From a virus (Duplodnaviria > Heunggongvirae > Uroviricota > Caudoviricetes > Straboviridae), in the IMG/VR virus record IMGVR_UViG_638275431_000001, positions 83,196 through 147,195 of that record: a stretch of DNA of 64,000 nucleotides; one strand, written 5' to 3'. Below, piece by piece: positions 49,877 to 61,000 of this stretch; within the stretch, counting starts at the first letter, position 1; each line of letters begins with the position of its first letter. The translations under genes were made by a program, and so were the position numbers. The notes under the pieces were generated by a model, which saw nothing but the letters and a program-made list of their open reading frames with translations, was not told the origin of the DNA and searched no databases.

Positions 49877-50761
49877 TTAGCCGAGAAGAGCATCCAGATC
49901 GTCATCGAGATCAGAAGAAGCATCAGGCACAGATGGCTGAACTACATCAGTGTCGAACGAGGTAAGCTGTTCGTCGAAGTCATTCAGTTCGCTAGACAGA
50001 GAAGAAGCGGCAGAAGCGGCAGCACCAGCAGTGATGGAAGTACCCATTACTTGCTTGAATTTCTTCTCCAGTTCTTCAAGAGGCTTGAATTCGGAAGGAG
50101 CAACGATTTTGCTCAAATCTTCCATGCCATCATTGAGGAACTTTTGGAATTCGGGGTCGTTGATTTTTGCAATTTCTGATTGAGCCAAGAATTTGCAGTC
50201 ATCGTAGTTGGTAAAACCACCAACTTTCTTGGTTTTGTAAACGAAGTTTGCACCTTCGAAAACACAAGTTACGTCTACTGGAGTTTCGCCCATTTCCGGA
50301 TCGACGTTAATCATGGCGGTAATTTTTTCCATTACCTTTGCACCAATACGAATCTTCATCACCTTGCCTTCATTTTCAGGAGTGGCAGGGTCTTTGATTA
50401 CCAGAATATTTGCCCAATAGGAAGTCTTACGCTTCAGCAGCTTATATTCTTCAGCATTGGTGTTGTAAGAATCATTGCGGCTGAGATGTTGGCAAACCGG
50501 GCAGTTGTCAAAATCACCATGGGTAGAAGAACAATTTTCAATATACCATTTGTTATTTTTCTTAAAGCCGTGGTTAATCAGCTTAACAAACGGAAGACCT
50601 TCATCACCTTTACCCGGAAGGAAACGAATTACGGCTTGACCATTACCAGCTGCATCAGTTTTCAGTTTCCATTCATTCTTATCTCCACCAAAACCACCTG
50701 CATTACCTTTCAGAGCGGCCAGTTGAGCTTGAAGTTGAGAAGGATTGCTGCGCTTGAACAT
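49877..50761 (-). CDS. gp32: Single-stranded DNA-binding protein gp32
   Basis: [54 protein letters not shown], acidic tail. Confidence 0.98.
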   Translation of the reverse strand: MFKRSNPSQLQAQLAALKGNAGGFGGDKNEWKLKTDAAGNGQAVIRFLPGKGDEGLPFVKLINHGFKKNNKWYIENCSSTHGDFDNCPVCQHLSRNDSYNTNAEEYKLLKRKTSYWANILVIKDPATPENEGKVMKIRIGAKVMEKITAMINVDPEMGETPVDVTCVFEGANFVYKTKKVGGFTNYDDCKFLAQSEIAKINDPEFQKFLNDGMEDLSKIVAPSEFKPLEELEKKFKQVMGTSITAGAAASAASSLSSELNDFDEQLTSFDTDVVQPSVPDASSDLDDDLDALLG

Positions 50762-50830
50762 ATTTTATTTTCCTATTTTATTTTGACAGTTGTTTTTGCG
50801 TTTTTACATTTTACATCAATTTTGATATAG

Positions 50831-51490
50831 CTAAACTTCAGCTTTAAACTCTTTTACGTGTTGAATAAACTTGGCTTTAGCTATGTCATTATTTATTACT
50901 ACCAATTTCCGGTAATTGACCAATTTGGTATGCCAGTTCTGCCAGATTATATCAGCTGACATTTTCTCATCGATTTTGTCGATTATACCAAGGAATGAAT
51001 CAATAACCAAAAATGTTTCTCTTTTAATCAGACCCGACTGGAGTAATTTGAAAATTGGGCTTGTTTGTTGTTTTTCATTATACTCCAATAGTTTACCTAT
51101 CGGAACATTAACTTTATTAGAAAAATACACCAGATTTTTCAGGTCTTCCCTGTATATTTCAGAGAATCTGATGTATCTTCCCAACAATTCTCGATGGGCT
51201 GTCATTGCATCTTCAGAAACAAGATCTCCAGCCCAACCACTTGAATTTTCCAAAAACGTTGCCAGAAATATCTCTGTCAAGTCTTTAAGGTGAAATTTAT
51301 CGCTCATCTTATCAAAGAAGTACTTATCTCTACGTTTATTAAACGCAGCATCAGTAACTTTCATATTCCAACTATATTTGATTATGTCATATTTTCCAGC
51401 CATATGTTGTTTCATCATCAAATAAAGCATAAATGCGCCTTTTGCACTAATAAATCTATCAGGTCTAGGCGGATATCGAAGAGCGATCAT
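50831..51490 (-). CDS. gp59: Helicase loader gp59
   Basis: LYLMMKQHMAGKYDIIKYSW...AAFNKRRDKYFFDK. Confidence 0.95.
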   Translation of the reverse strand: MIALRYPPRPDRFISAKGAFMLYLMMKQHMAGKYDIIKYSWNMKVTDAAFNKRRDKYFFDKMSDKFHLKDLTEIFLATFLENSSGWAGDLVSEDAMTAHRELLGRYIRFSEIYREDLKNLVYFSNKVNVPIGKLLEYNEKQQTSPIFKLLQSGLIKRETFLVIDSFLGIIDKIDEKMSADIIWQNWHTKLVNYRKLVVINNDIAKAKFIQHVKEFKAEV

Positions 51491-51497
51491 ATAAATC

Positions 51498-51755
51498 TCA
51501 CATCAAAAAGTCCAAACTATTTCGTGTCATCGATTTTGCAATGGAAGGTCTAAGCATGTCGGAATCGACACATTCTTTTGACAGTTTGTCAATTACCGCC
51601 CGCGGGATATATTTGTGGCACGAGTTAATTTCTAAAGAATTTTCTTCCAACCACTGAACACATGCTTCCAGATATGTCAATCCAGTTTTAACCAGATTTT
51701 CTATCTCTATCCCGTTTGCGGTTTTATCATTCAGATTGTTCGGATTTGACATCAT
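51498..51755 (-). CDS. gp33: Late transcription co-activator gp33
   Basis: NGIEIENLV...TYLEACVQWLEENS...DMLRPS. Confidence 0.92.
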   Translation of the reverse strand: MMSNPNNLNDKTANGIEIENLVKTGLTYLEACVQWLEENSLEINSCHKYIPRAVIDKLSKECVDSDMLRPSIAKSMTRNSLDFLM

Positions 51756-52036
51756 TTGCCTTTAAAGGTTTGGTCATACACTGAAGTAACTTCATCGGCA
51801 GCATCTTCAAACTGCTCACGTTCCTGCTTGTGGTAAATCCGGAACAGCTGATTGAACAGTTTGCCGTCAACACCACATTCAGTAATGGCAATATTGCGCT
51901 GCTCTTTTACCTTTTCAGCATAAGATTCTTGCATAGTGCGCAAATTTGATGCTTCGGTAATAATTTCTTGGAGACGTTCGCCATGAACAGACGGGTTGAA
52001 TTCGACTTTTTCTTTCTTTTTCTTCTGCTCTTTCAT
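51752..52036 (-). CDS. dsbA: Double-stranded DNA-binding protein DsbA
   Basis: VEFNPSVHGERLQEIITEAS...GVDGKLFNQLFRIYHKQEREQFE. Confidence 0.92.
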   Translation of the reverse strand: MKEQKKKKEKVEFNPSVHGERLQEIITEASNLRTMQESYAEKVKEQRNIAITECGVDGKLFNQLFRIYHKQEREQFEDAADEVTSVYDQTFKGK

Positions 52037-52045
52037 GTTATTTCC

Positions 52046-52960
52046 TTAGAATTGATTTACTTTATCGAGAAGTTTAACCAAGCCATTTTTAACAAAATAG
52101 CTGTACAATTTACCACGAGGATTGACTACTGAAGAATTATAAGCTTGAATGATTCGATCCGAAACATGTGCTGGAATTTTATCCAAATCAAGCAGCCGGA
52201 CATTCATATCCCAACGCTTTTGCCATTCTTCATTTTCCAACGCAGCTCGAGGGTCTTCAGATTCAACAATTGAATTAATCCACTTGGTAGAACAAGGTGG
52301 AGCACGTTCACCTTCGACACGGTCAAGGACAAATGTATCACGAACTTTTATTCCCGAAACACCATCTTTTGCATCACCCTTAATCAGTTTAACAAACAGG
52401 TCGTGCTTTGGACTACCATATTTTGGCTTTACTGCTTTCTTCTGAGCAGGTGAATATTGCTTGACACCCTTGTATTTGTGCAATTGAGTAAAGTCAGAGT
52501 CAGAAGAAGAAATCATAACACATCGGCCTTCTTCAGTGAACTTTTTGACCAAAACTGCAATAATATCGTCAGCCTCAGTTTTATCAAGTTTGATCATCTT
52601 AACACCTGGGTAGATATTAAGCATTTCGTTGACCACTTTATTGATAATACTAAAGAGAAGTTCCCAATCCCATGGAGATTCCTTTTTATTAGCCTTTCGG
52701 TTTAATTTGTAATACCAAGCAATGTCACGTCTCCAATAAACCATTGCAGAATCGTCAAATGCGATAATAGTTTCGGGATATTCGTTTTTGAACTTTTTGA
52801 CGTTGTTTCGAACCGTATCCAGAATTAAATGTCTGAGCATTCGCTCATTTACATCTTCAGGAGTAAAGTTAGCCATTATTGTCGCGATAATTAATTGAGA
52901 TGCGTCAATAATATTGACATCATCCTTTGTGGTTTCACCCATGAAATCATTTAAGTTCAT
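52046..52960 (-). CDS. rnh: RNase H (T4-type 5' exonuclease, FEN family)
   Basis: IIDASQLIIAT, YWRRDIAWYYK, TEADDIIAVL, ISSSDSDFTQLHKY, IKGDAKDGVSGI. Confidence 0.96.
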   Translation of the reverse strand: MNLNDFMGETTKDDVNIIDASQLIIATIMANFTPEDVNERMLRHLILDTVRNNVKKFKNEYPETIIAFDDSAMVYWRRDIAWYYKLNRKANKKESPWDWELLFSIINKVVNEMLNIYPGVKMIKLDKTEADDIIAVLVKKFTEEGRCVMISSSDSDFTQLHKYKGVKQYSPAQKKAVKPKYGSPKHDLFVKLIKGDAKDGVSGIKVRDTFVLDRVEGERAPPCSTKWINSIVESEDPRAALENEEWQKRWDMNVRLLDLDKIPAHVSDRIIQAYNSSVVNPRGKLYSYFVKNGLVKLLDKVNQF

Positions 52961-53032
52961 ATCAATTTCTCTTATTGAACACCTAGACATACTAACATAA
53001 ATAACTAAGTTAGTAACAGGAGAGCTTCAAAA

Positions 53033-56000
53033 ATGTTAGGACAAGCCTTTCGCGCCACAAGCGGCCTTGATGCAGCTGGCGAAAAACTGATCAACGTTGC
53101 AATGGCCGATAAGACAATTTTGTCCGATGGCGTTAGCGTTGGATTTTTCCACAAATATAACACAATTTACGAATATGACAGCACCCGTGGGTATGATGCA
53201 AAACATGCTGTAATTTTCGAGAGACGAATTTATTATGCGAAAGCAGATATTGCTTCCCCGGCAGGAGCTTTCGACGTCACAAAATGGACTGGTCTCCGTG
53301 TTGACCCAACATGGCAGTTCATTAACTCGACTGGGCCCGCACTTCAGCTGAGTTCTGGTCAATATATCACTGCTGACAATAGATTCAACAATCTGGTTTT
53401 CAACTTGCCAACATCACCAGTTGATGGCGATACTTTGGTAATAAAGGACGTAGGCGGTCAACCAGGTGTTAACGATCTGGAATTTGTATCTATAGGAACA
53501 GCAGTCATTGAATTCAAGGCAGCCAGTGTCGGCGCTCGCTTCCGTGCAACTGTCCCATTCTGCCAATATATGTTCGTCTATAAAGCAGCTGGAAACAGAT
53601 GGCAAGTAGATGTAGCAGCTACAGCAGTGAACAGTTATTTCGTTGAACCATCTATTCAAGGATTCCAGTTGCAGGCAGGGATGGTTACCTGGAGACGTAC
53701 TTCTGCAGGAACAATTCGCCTTATTCTGCCAAAACATGCCAGACATGGCGATGTAATTACAACCCATGATATTGATGGGATGAACCCGATTAACCACTCG
53801 ACTCTTGAGATTTACCCAGGTTCAGGTCACAATATTAATGAAATAGGTGTTACAAAAATTGAATCGCGCACATCAGGTTACGGTTCATTTGTATTCGATT
53901 TTCCTTCTTTGACTTGGAAAGTATGGGATGGAGACCAAAGGACACGTATTCGTGTTACCAAAACAGACACAGCACTGCTACCGTTTGAACACATTCTGGT
54001 GACTGGTAACAGTAATTTGCCAAGTCAGACCACCGTGCTGACTCTTCCAGAGGAAGTAGCCATAGGCGACCGTGTTCAAATCACTATGGATTATCTGAGA
54101 AAAGGTCAAACTTGTACGATCAGAGTAAGTCCAGATTCAAATGAGCTGATTGTTGGGTCGAAAGCTCAAATGCAGTTCCAGCGTCGTTCGGAATACCCGA
54201 TGACAAATGGATGGGAATTGGTTTCATCTATTTCTATAAGTGCTGACACAGATTACGTTCCATATGTCGAGCTAATGTACGCACAGTTAGACCCGTCCCT
54301 GGTGGGTGTTACTTCTTCTCAGTACGGTTGGATGATTGGTAATGTTCAGCCAAAAGTTGAACGTGTTGATGCAACTAAACGTGATCGTCTGGGTGTAGCT
54401 GCTCTCGCGGATCAAGCAGAAGTAAACAAAAATCACGAAGATAACCCGAATGATGAAACTATTGTCACACCGAAAACATTAGCTAATAAAACTGCTACTG
54501 CAACTCGTCGTGGTATTGCTCGTTTGGCAACAACAGCTGAAGTTAATCAGTTAAGCACTTCAACTTATTTGGATGATATCATCGTAACTCCAAAGAAGTT
54601 GAATGAAAGAACAGCTACTGAAACTCGCCGTGGTTTAGCGGAAATTGCTACTCAGGCCGAAACAAACGGATCAACTGACGACATAACAATTGTGACTCCC
54701 CAAAAGTTGCATAATCGTATTGCGTCAGAAACTCTGACTGGTATCTTAGCGGTGGTTTCTAAAAATGGAACAGCTGGAACTGCTCGCTCGACTGCTGGGA
54801 CTGGTGTGTATAACAAAGCCGATCAGTCGAAAGCTGTCACACCGTTAACCCTGGATGAATTCAAGGCTACCGAAACAGCTAAGGGTATAGGTTATATTGC
54901 CACACAGGCGGAAGTCGACGGGGGATCATCTGATCCACTTGGGCCGTTGTTTGTAACAGCCGAAAGATTGGGAGCTCGTCGAGCGACAGAATCAAATCAT
55001 GGTCTGATTGAGATTGCAACCCAGACTGAAACAAACGCTGGAACTGATGATACCCGTGCTATTACTCCCAAAAAGTTGAATGATCGCACTTCAACAGAAA
55101 CTCTCACCGGTATTGCCCGTATTGCCACGACATCTGAAATAGATACTGCGACAAACGATTTAACTATCGTCACTCCATTGAAATTGAAGAATCGTTTCAA
55201 CAATACGGCAAGAATTTCGGTAAACACGACTGATGGTTTGACCCAATCTGGAACCATTTGGAGCACTGTTTCTGTTGGAATAAGTCTTGCTACAGAAGCT
55301 CAACGCGGGACATTGCGTGTTTCGACTCAACTTGAGGCGAATGGATCTAGTTCGGACAATACTATCGTAACTCCAAAGAAACTTGATGGAAGAAAAGCGA
55401 CAAGAACTCTGGACGGTATTATCCGGGTTGCGACAACTGCTGAAGTTAGAACTGGGACAGCAACTAATTTGGCTGTTAGTCCAGAAGACTTTAAGTATAT
55501 AGCGCAAACTGAACCGACATGGTCAGGAAATGAAACACGCCGTGGGTTTGTCAAAGCAGCAACAGTAGAGTCAACTTTCGTTGGAAACAATAATGTTGGA
55601 TCCACTCAGGCATACACAAGCTACGAAAATGACGGTTTGGCTGTTAGCCCTCGTGGATTGAACTATGCACTGCAAAACTACTTGCCGCTGAATGCTACAG
55701 CGCAAAATTCATTGAATTTGGGTGGTGTAGTTTCCAGCGGGTGGGTTCGCAGAACAGTAGATCAAACCGTAACAGGTGGAATGACTTTTACCGCTGCGAT
55801 GATAGCTGCAGATATTACCAATACTACGACAACTAGTGCAAGAGTGATTATCGATAACACATCGACAAACTCTGTTCAAATAGGTAAAACTAGAGTTGCT
55901 GGTGGAGCCAATGGTATCACCATAATGGCTGGAAGTGATGCCGCAATAAACGATTGGGCATTTATTGCAGGCGGTGTTGGTGGTTCTGAAGTTACCGGTA

Positions 56001-56698
56001 GCGAAATTGCTATTGCAACTAAAGACGGTTCAACTTTCTCTAGTAAGCTGAAAGTTAATAGAGACGGCGATGTACGAATTGCACAACATATAAAATCAAC
56101 TGCTGGTTTCCTTGTTATGGAAAACACAGGTGCGAGAATTTATCTGGGTGGAACCGAATTAGCGGCGAATCAATTTGCGCAATCTGTTGCAGGTGGATTC
56201 ACAGTTGGTAATGCTAGTTCAACAATGGCTGTATTGGCAAGCTCTACTGATGCCTTCACAATTAATGGCTCACCGGTAATTAATACTGCCAACGCTCAGA
56301 CAAAGCTCAACCCAACATATCTTCGTCGTGATGGTACATCGACTATGACTGGAGCAATGCTTCTGTCAAACACCGGTGACAATGTTAAGTATTTGCAATT
56401 CAAAAACTCAAATCGTTACATTACCTCTCGTGGAAATGACTTCGTTTTCGGAAATACTGATACAACGAATGGCCGTGTGTGTCTTGATACGAATCAGAAT
56501 CCAATCGTAAAGATCGGAAACTTTGAGTACGAGATTTATCACAAGGGTAACAAACCTACCGCTCAAGACGTAGGTGCAGTTGATATTACAGGTTCATCTT
56601 CCAATAATATAACGATTAGAGATTGGATCAAAATTGGTAATGTGAAAATCGTTGCCAACAACTTGACCAAGACAGTTGAGTTTATCTGGGAAGAATAA
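53033..56698 (+). CDS. gp34: Long tail fibre proximal subunit gp34
   Basis: FRATSGLDAAGEKLINVA, multiple RRGIARLATTAEV/ETIVTPKTL repeats, C-terminal KIGNVKIVANNLTKTVEFIWEE. CATAAATA at 52996-53003. Confidence 0.96.
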   Translation: MLGQAFRATSGLDAAGEKLINVAMADKTILSDGVSVGFFHKYNTIYEYDSTRGYDAKHAVIFERRIYYAKADIASPAGAFDVTKWTGLRVDPTWQFINSTGPALQLSSGQYITADNRFNNLVFNLPTSPVDGDTLVIKDVGGQPGVNDLEFVSIGTAVIEFKAASVGARFRATVPFCQYMFVYKAAGNRWQVDVAATAVNSYFVEPSIQGFQLQAGMVTWRRTSAGTIRLILPKHARHGDVITTHDIDGMNPINHSTLEIYPGSGHNINEIGVTKIESRTSGYGSFVFDFPSLTWKVWDGDQRTRIRVTKTDTALLPFEHILVTGNSNLPSQTTVLTLPEEVAIGDRVQITMDYLRKGQTCTIRVSPDSNELIVGSKAQMQFQRRSEYPMTNGWELVSSISISADTDYVPYVELMYAQLDPSLVGVTSSQYGWMIGNVQPKVERVDATKRDRLGVAALADQAEVNKNHEDNPNDETIVTPKTLANKTATATRRGIARLATTAEVNQLSTSTYLDDIIVTPKKLNERTATETRRGLAEIATQAETNGSTDDITIVTPQKLHNRIASETLTGILAVVSKNGTAGTARSTAGTGVYNKADQSKAVTPLTLDEFKATETAKGIGYIATQAEVDGGSSDPLGPLFVTAERLGARRATESNHGLIEIATQTETNAGTDDTRAITPKKLNDRTSTETLTGIARIATTSEIDTATNDLTIVTPLKLKNRFNNTARISVNTTDGLTQSGTIWSTVSVGISLATEAQRGTLRVSTQLEANGSSSDNTIVTPKKLDGRKATRTLDGIIRVATTAEVRTGTATNLAVSPEDFKYIAQTEPTWSGNETRRGFVKAATVESTFVGNNNVGSTQAYTSYENDGLAVSPRGLNYALQNYLPLNATAQNSLNLGGVVSSGWVRRTVDQTVTGGMTFTAAMIAADITNTTTTSARVIIDNTSTNSVQIGKTRVAGGANGITIMAGSDAAINDWAFIAGGVGGSEVTGSEIAIATKDGSTFSSKLKVNRDGDVRIAQHIKSTAGFLVMENTGARIYLGGTELAANQFAQSVAGGFTVGNASSTMAVLASSTDAFTINGSPVINTANAQTKLNPTYLRRDGTSTMTGAMLLSNTGDNVKYLQFKNSNRYITSRGNDFVFGNTDTTNGRVCLDTNQNPIVKIGNFEYEIYHKGNKPTAQDVGAVDITGSSSNNITIRDWIKIGNVKIVANNLTKTVEFIWEE

Positions 56699-56707
56699 GG
56701 AATCGTT

Positions 56708-57850
56708 ATGGCAGAACAATTTATGGCCCATCTTGGGCCATCTTACGTTGAATCAAATCACTTAGGTGAAAATAACGCGATAAAGTACATGATACAGGCA
56801 CTTGGAGTCAATGCTGACTCCAGTGTCAGAGTGCCGTATGTCAAAATCAATGGTGTTTCGGTTTTGCCTTCGTATGGGAGGGGTTTGAACGCTATCACTA
56901 TTTCTCCAACCGGAGTAGCATCTAATTTTGCGACGTTTGACATATATGGTAGACCCGAGCATCTTGACACTCTAAGAACATATCTAATGTCTGCACCGTC
57001 TGACAATATAGTAGTATTAGTTTCGCATGATGCTATCAGATCGTCAGTGGATTTTGACACATTCATGAAACAATATGGATCTATGTCGTGGCCTGGTTCT
57101 AGTTATCTAAATCGACAATCCGATGCTCTTTTTACCCCGAGAGCATATAGAAGTTCATATGCTGCAATTTTCAATACGACGTTAAAGCGTTTTTGCTACG
57201 AGAATTTTGTTGGGAATAATCCTAACAGTTTCGCAGAAGACACAAATGCCTATTTGCAAGTTGTTTTTGACGACGTTGTCGATATTGGAGCATGCGGATT
57301 ACCATCAAGAAATGTCGATAACATAAATGAATATTTCTCAGTGGGGAATCAATACGAATTTAAGCGTTATTTGTCTGAAAATATAACAACACAATGGGAA
57401 TCAATATATTATATCCAATGCGAGCTGTACAGCGACCAGACACTAGTTACCGCCGGTGGAAGATGTCTTTTTTATGTATGGACTCAAGACTCTTCAGGCA
57501 TATGGAAAACCAGTAGATGGCTAGGAACACCAACACCGACTCCAGGCGTGTGGACAAAATTTGAAGGTTATTTCAAACTGCCAACGCAAAGCTCAGGGGC
57601 GACGATTTTTGCTTCTGTGGCATACCGATATCCGTCAAACGTCAGCGCTGGAACAGCAGGTGTGCGAAATGTCACTATAACGCGGGTCACAAGGGACGAT
57701 GATGATAAAGTGGCGGATGCGGCAATTGGTGTGAATGGTATTAGAGCTAATAGCATAAGCAATAACGACAATTACACAAATCCTGTATTACAGCTTTTGA
57801 ATCTTAAACCGAATAATATCATTACTTCAAACGATTTTAACGAAAGATAA
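56708..57850 (+). CDS. gp35: Long tail fibre hinge gp35
   Basis: FMAHLGPSYVESNHLGENNAIKY...AAIGVNGIRAN; synteny. Confidence 0.9.
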   Translation: MAEQFMAHLGPSYVESNHLGENNAIKYMIQALGVNADSSVRVPYVKINGVSVLPSYGRGLNAITISPTGVASNFATFDIYGRPEHLDTLRTYLMSAPSDNIVVLVSHDAIRSSVDFDTFMKQYGSMSWPGSSYLNRQSDALFTPRAYRSSYAAIFNTTLKRFCYENFVGNNPNSFAEDTNAYLQVVFDDVVDIGACGLPSRNVDNINEYFSVGNQYEFKRYLSENITTQWESIYYIQCELYSDQTLVTAGGRCLFYVWTQDSSGIWKTSRWLGTPTPTPGVWTKFEGYFKLPTQSSGATIFASVAYRYPSNVSAGTAGVRNVTITRVTRDDDDKVADAAIGVNGIRANSISNNDNYTNPVLQLLNLKPNNIITSNDFNER

Positions 57851-57871
57851 GGGCCTCTTGGCCCTTTGTTT
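57849..57871 (+). terminator. Intrinsic terminator after gp35
   Basis: aagggcc-tctt-ggccctttgttt. Confidence 0.7.
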
Positions 57872-57916
57872 GCTTTAAATAGAATAAAATCCTGGCTTCC
57901 AGGTTTTGGCCCTGCC

Positions 57917-57965
57917 AAAACTTATCCTTTATGGCTTAATAGATATTATAACTAAAAGGATAAAA
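57917..57965 (+). repeat. Intergenic 49-bp conserved repeat, copy 3 (structured unit ~57888-58003)
   Basis: Identical core enclosed by outer stem AATCCTGGCT(T)CCAGG / CCTGGAGCCAGGATT. Confidence 0.97.
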
Positions 57966-58070
57966 AGATAAGTTCAAGCAAGCTTGAACCTGGAGCCAGG
58001 ATTGCTTTTAATTCGAGTGCTTTAAATATAACAAGAAATCACCAATCATTGGTTAAACAAGGGAGCCCAT

Positions 58071-61000
58071 ATGGCAGATTTAAAAGTTGGAACCACGATC
58101 GGTGGTTCACCTGTTTGGCACCAAGGCAATCTTGCGCTGGTACCAAGCGGTAATGCTATCCTGTACAAGGGTGCAAGAATTTATTCGGAAAACGATAAAC
58201 CGAGTGCAAATGAACTTCAGGTAGTATCTCGTGCTGGCGATACTATGACTGGTATGCTGAACGTTGAAACTTCCACTGATTACCAATTAGTGCTTAAATC
58301 GAGTGTTAGTGGTTCTGCTTTATATTCGTTTTCAAAGGGAAATACGCTTCAGTCATATGTTGGAACTGATGCGGCTGGTGACTTTAAAGTCGCAATGACT
58401 GACGCCAACGGTTCATGGGCATTTGATGGGCTTAAAATCGCTAAATCTAACGGTGATGTTTCTCTGAAAGGAGCGTTGGTATCCACTAATACTGGAAACT
58501 TTGACATAAAATATGGAAGTATTCAGTTCATTCGTGCAAACTCGTCTAAAAACGTGTACATTGGTGCACCTGGTGGAACTGATTTGGTGCTCGGTTATGC
58601 TCAAGATGGCATGACCACTACAAAAATTCGAATGGATTCTGCGGTATACAATAGGGCAGGCGGACTGTTAATTAGTGATACTGGACTTATTCAGCGTTCT
58701 GCTATGGATAACCGGTATTACAATCAAACAGAGTCTGATGCGAGATTTATCAGACTGAACACCAATACTGCCACTAATGGTTACTTGCTGAGCAAATCGT
58801 CTGATATAGGAACACCTCATAACCTGTCAATGGGCTATTCCGGATTCTTCAGACATAACAGTCAGGGCGGATTCAGCGGATTGACTATTAACGTTTCTCA
58901 TCCATTGGCCAGTAACGGTGCGAATGCCCGTGGTATTACTTTCGATTACGGAAGTATCGGTTATGGAATGTACACATATGCATACGACTCGGCAGGCACT
59001 AAATTAGCCAACCGGAAAATCTATACCGAAGCTGATAAACCTACTCCTGCGGAAATTGGTGCATTAGCTGCCGGCGCAAATGCTGTATCTGCATCCAAGT
59101 TGCAAACCGCAAGAACTATCAGTTTGACTGGAGGCGCAACTGGCTCAGTATCGTTCGATGGTAGTGCAAATGCTTCTATAGCAGTGACCATAACAAATAA
59201 CAGTCATACTCACTCAGATTACGTCAAAAAAACCGGCGACACAATGTCGGGCAATTTGTCTACTCCGAAAGTTCTGCTGACTGATGCTCAGGGTGCTGAA
59301 GCTAATTCTGTGACACGTCGCGATTTTGTTGAATCGACTGTTACTGCTGCTGGTAAAGGTGTGAAAGATTTGACGATCACACTTCCTGCTGGAGCACCTG
59401 CAACTGGCTACATCCCGGTTATGTTTAGAACAAATGGTACATCCGACTCATTTGTCTTTATTGATACTTCATTTAACGTAGGGGAGCATCCTATGAACAA
59501 TTGTTCGTTCATAGGAAATGTTCGTGCCAGCGGATGGTCTGACGGTAGAAGTTATGCATATGGCAAGTTTACGATTTACTCTACATCGGAAAGAGCAATT
59601 CACTCAATCCACGCGCCATTTGAGGATAGTTTTGCGTATGTTGTTTACGTTGAAACACGTGCTTTCCCGATAACAGTTAGAGTCGATATCGGAACAACCG
59701 TCACTGCTCATGCGACTGATGTTACATATGGGACATCTGTCTTTAAGGTTAACGGCCAAGTAAGTGGAAATACAAAAACCATTGTTCTTGGGAATTTTGA
59801 TAAAGACTCTGGGACTTATAACGGAAGCAATCGCGTTTATGACACTGGATATAACCCAACTCCAGAAGCAGTAGGAGCTCTTCCAGTCAATGGAAATGCT
59901 GTAACTGCTTCTAGATTGCAGACAGCTAGGCTTATTGCTGGCGTTCCATTTGATGGTACATCGAATATTTCGATTTCTGCAACTAACGTAGGCGCGGTTA
60001 ATAAAACTGGCGATGCAATGACTGGGAACCTGAGCGTCGCAGCGGATTACCTTCTGGTAAAGAAGTCCTCCACTTTCTCTGGCATAAGACTTCGCAGTAC
60101 AGACGTCGAAGCAGTAGCTGAATTACTGAACGACGCTGGAGCTATCACTGGCGCGTACGGTGGAAATACAGAAACTGGCCGCTTGAATATTACTCGGAAC
60201 AACCCGGGTACAGGAGCGTACGCGTACACCTATATCTCCTGCGAGCCGAACGGGACCGTCTCCTCAGCAGACGCCATTGTAACCATCCTCAACCCTAGAA
60301 GTGGAACTTCCCAGGGAACTTCAGAAAACTCCCTGACCCGCAAAGACTACGTTGACGAGGAGTTGAGCAAGAAGCTTAACACTGCCGGCGGCACTGTAAC
60401 TGGCTTCCTAACCCTGACAAGCGCAACCAACGCGATGACTATCGAAGCTTCTGCCGGTAACTCGTCCTACATCCTTGGACGCACAGCGGGAGTGTCTAAT
60501 TGGTATGTCGGGCGCGGCGGTTCCAGCGACGACGTCACCTTGCACAGCTATATCCACAACAATTTCCTGGCGCTCAAATCTGACCATGTGCAACTTGCTA
60601 AGACGCTTCGAGCTCCAGGAGCAGTGTTCTCGGCAGAAGTAGAGGTTAATATTGGAAGTGGCCAGAGAGCCGCAATCATTGGAGGTGTGACCTCCGGGAT
60701 GATGCTACGGGACAGCGCAGGAGCTCTCAAGTGGTATGCTTATTACGAGCCTACCCTAAACCAGTATCGAATTGCAAGGTACGCAACAGGCACATATACC
60801 GACGCCCCGTTGATCATCACCGCCACTGGAGAAACTTTACTGCAGCGCCCGAGGACGCAATCTGGCCAAGAACTTGCAGTTAACGCGCTAACTCGGAAGG
60901 ACTATGTTGATGGTGAAATAGCTAAACAGGTATCCAAAACTGGTGATACAATGACAGGCACTCTCATTATCACCAAGGATGCTAATGCTATTACTTTGAA

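Noticed and set aside
54380-55600. Tandem amino-acid repeats in gp34
   Set aside because: Normal, well-described T4 gp34/gp12 fibre repeats.
57888-58003. Cloverleaf considered as a tRNA gene
   Set aside because: No T-loop TTCGA consensus, D-loop GG, 7-nt anticodon loop or CCA end, and arm lengths are wrong. No tRNA genes were seen in the window.
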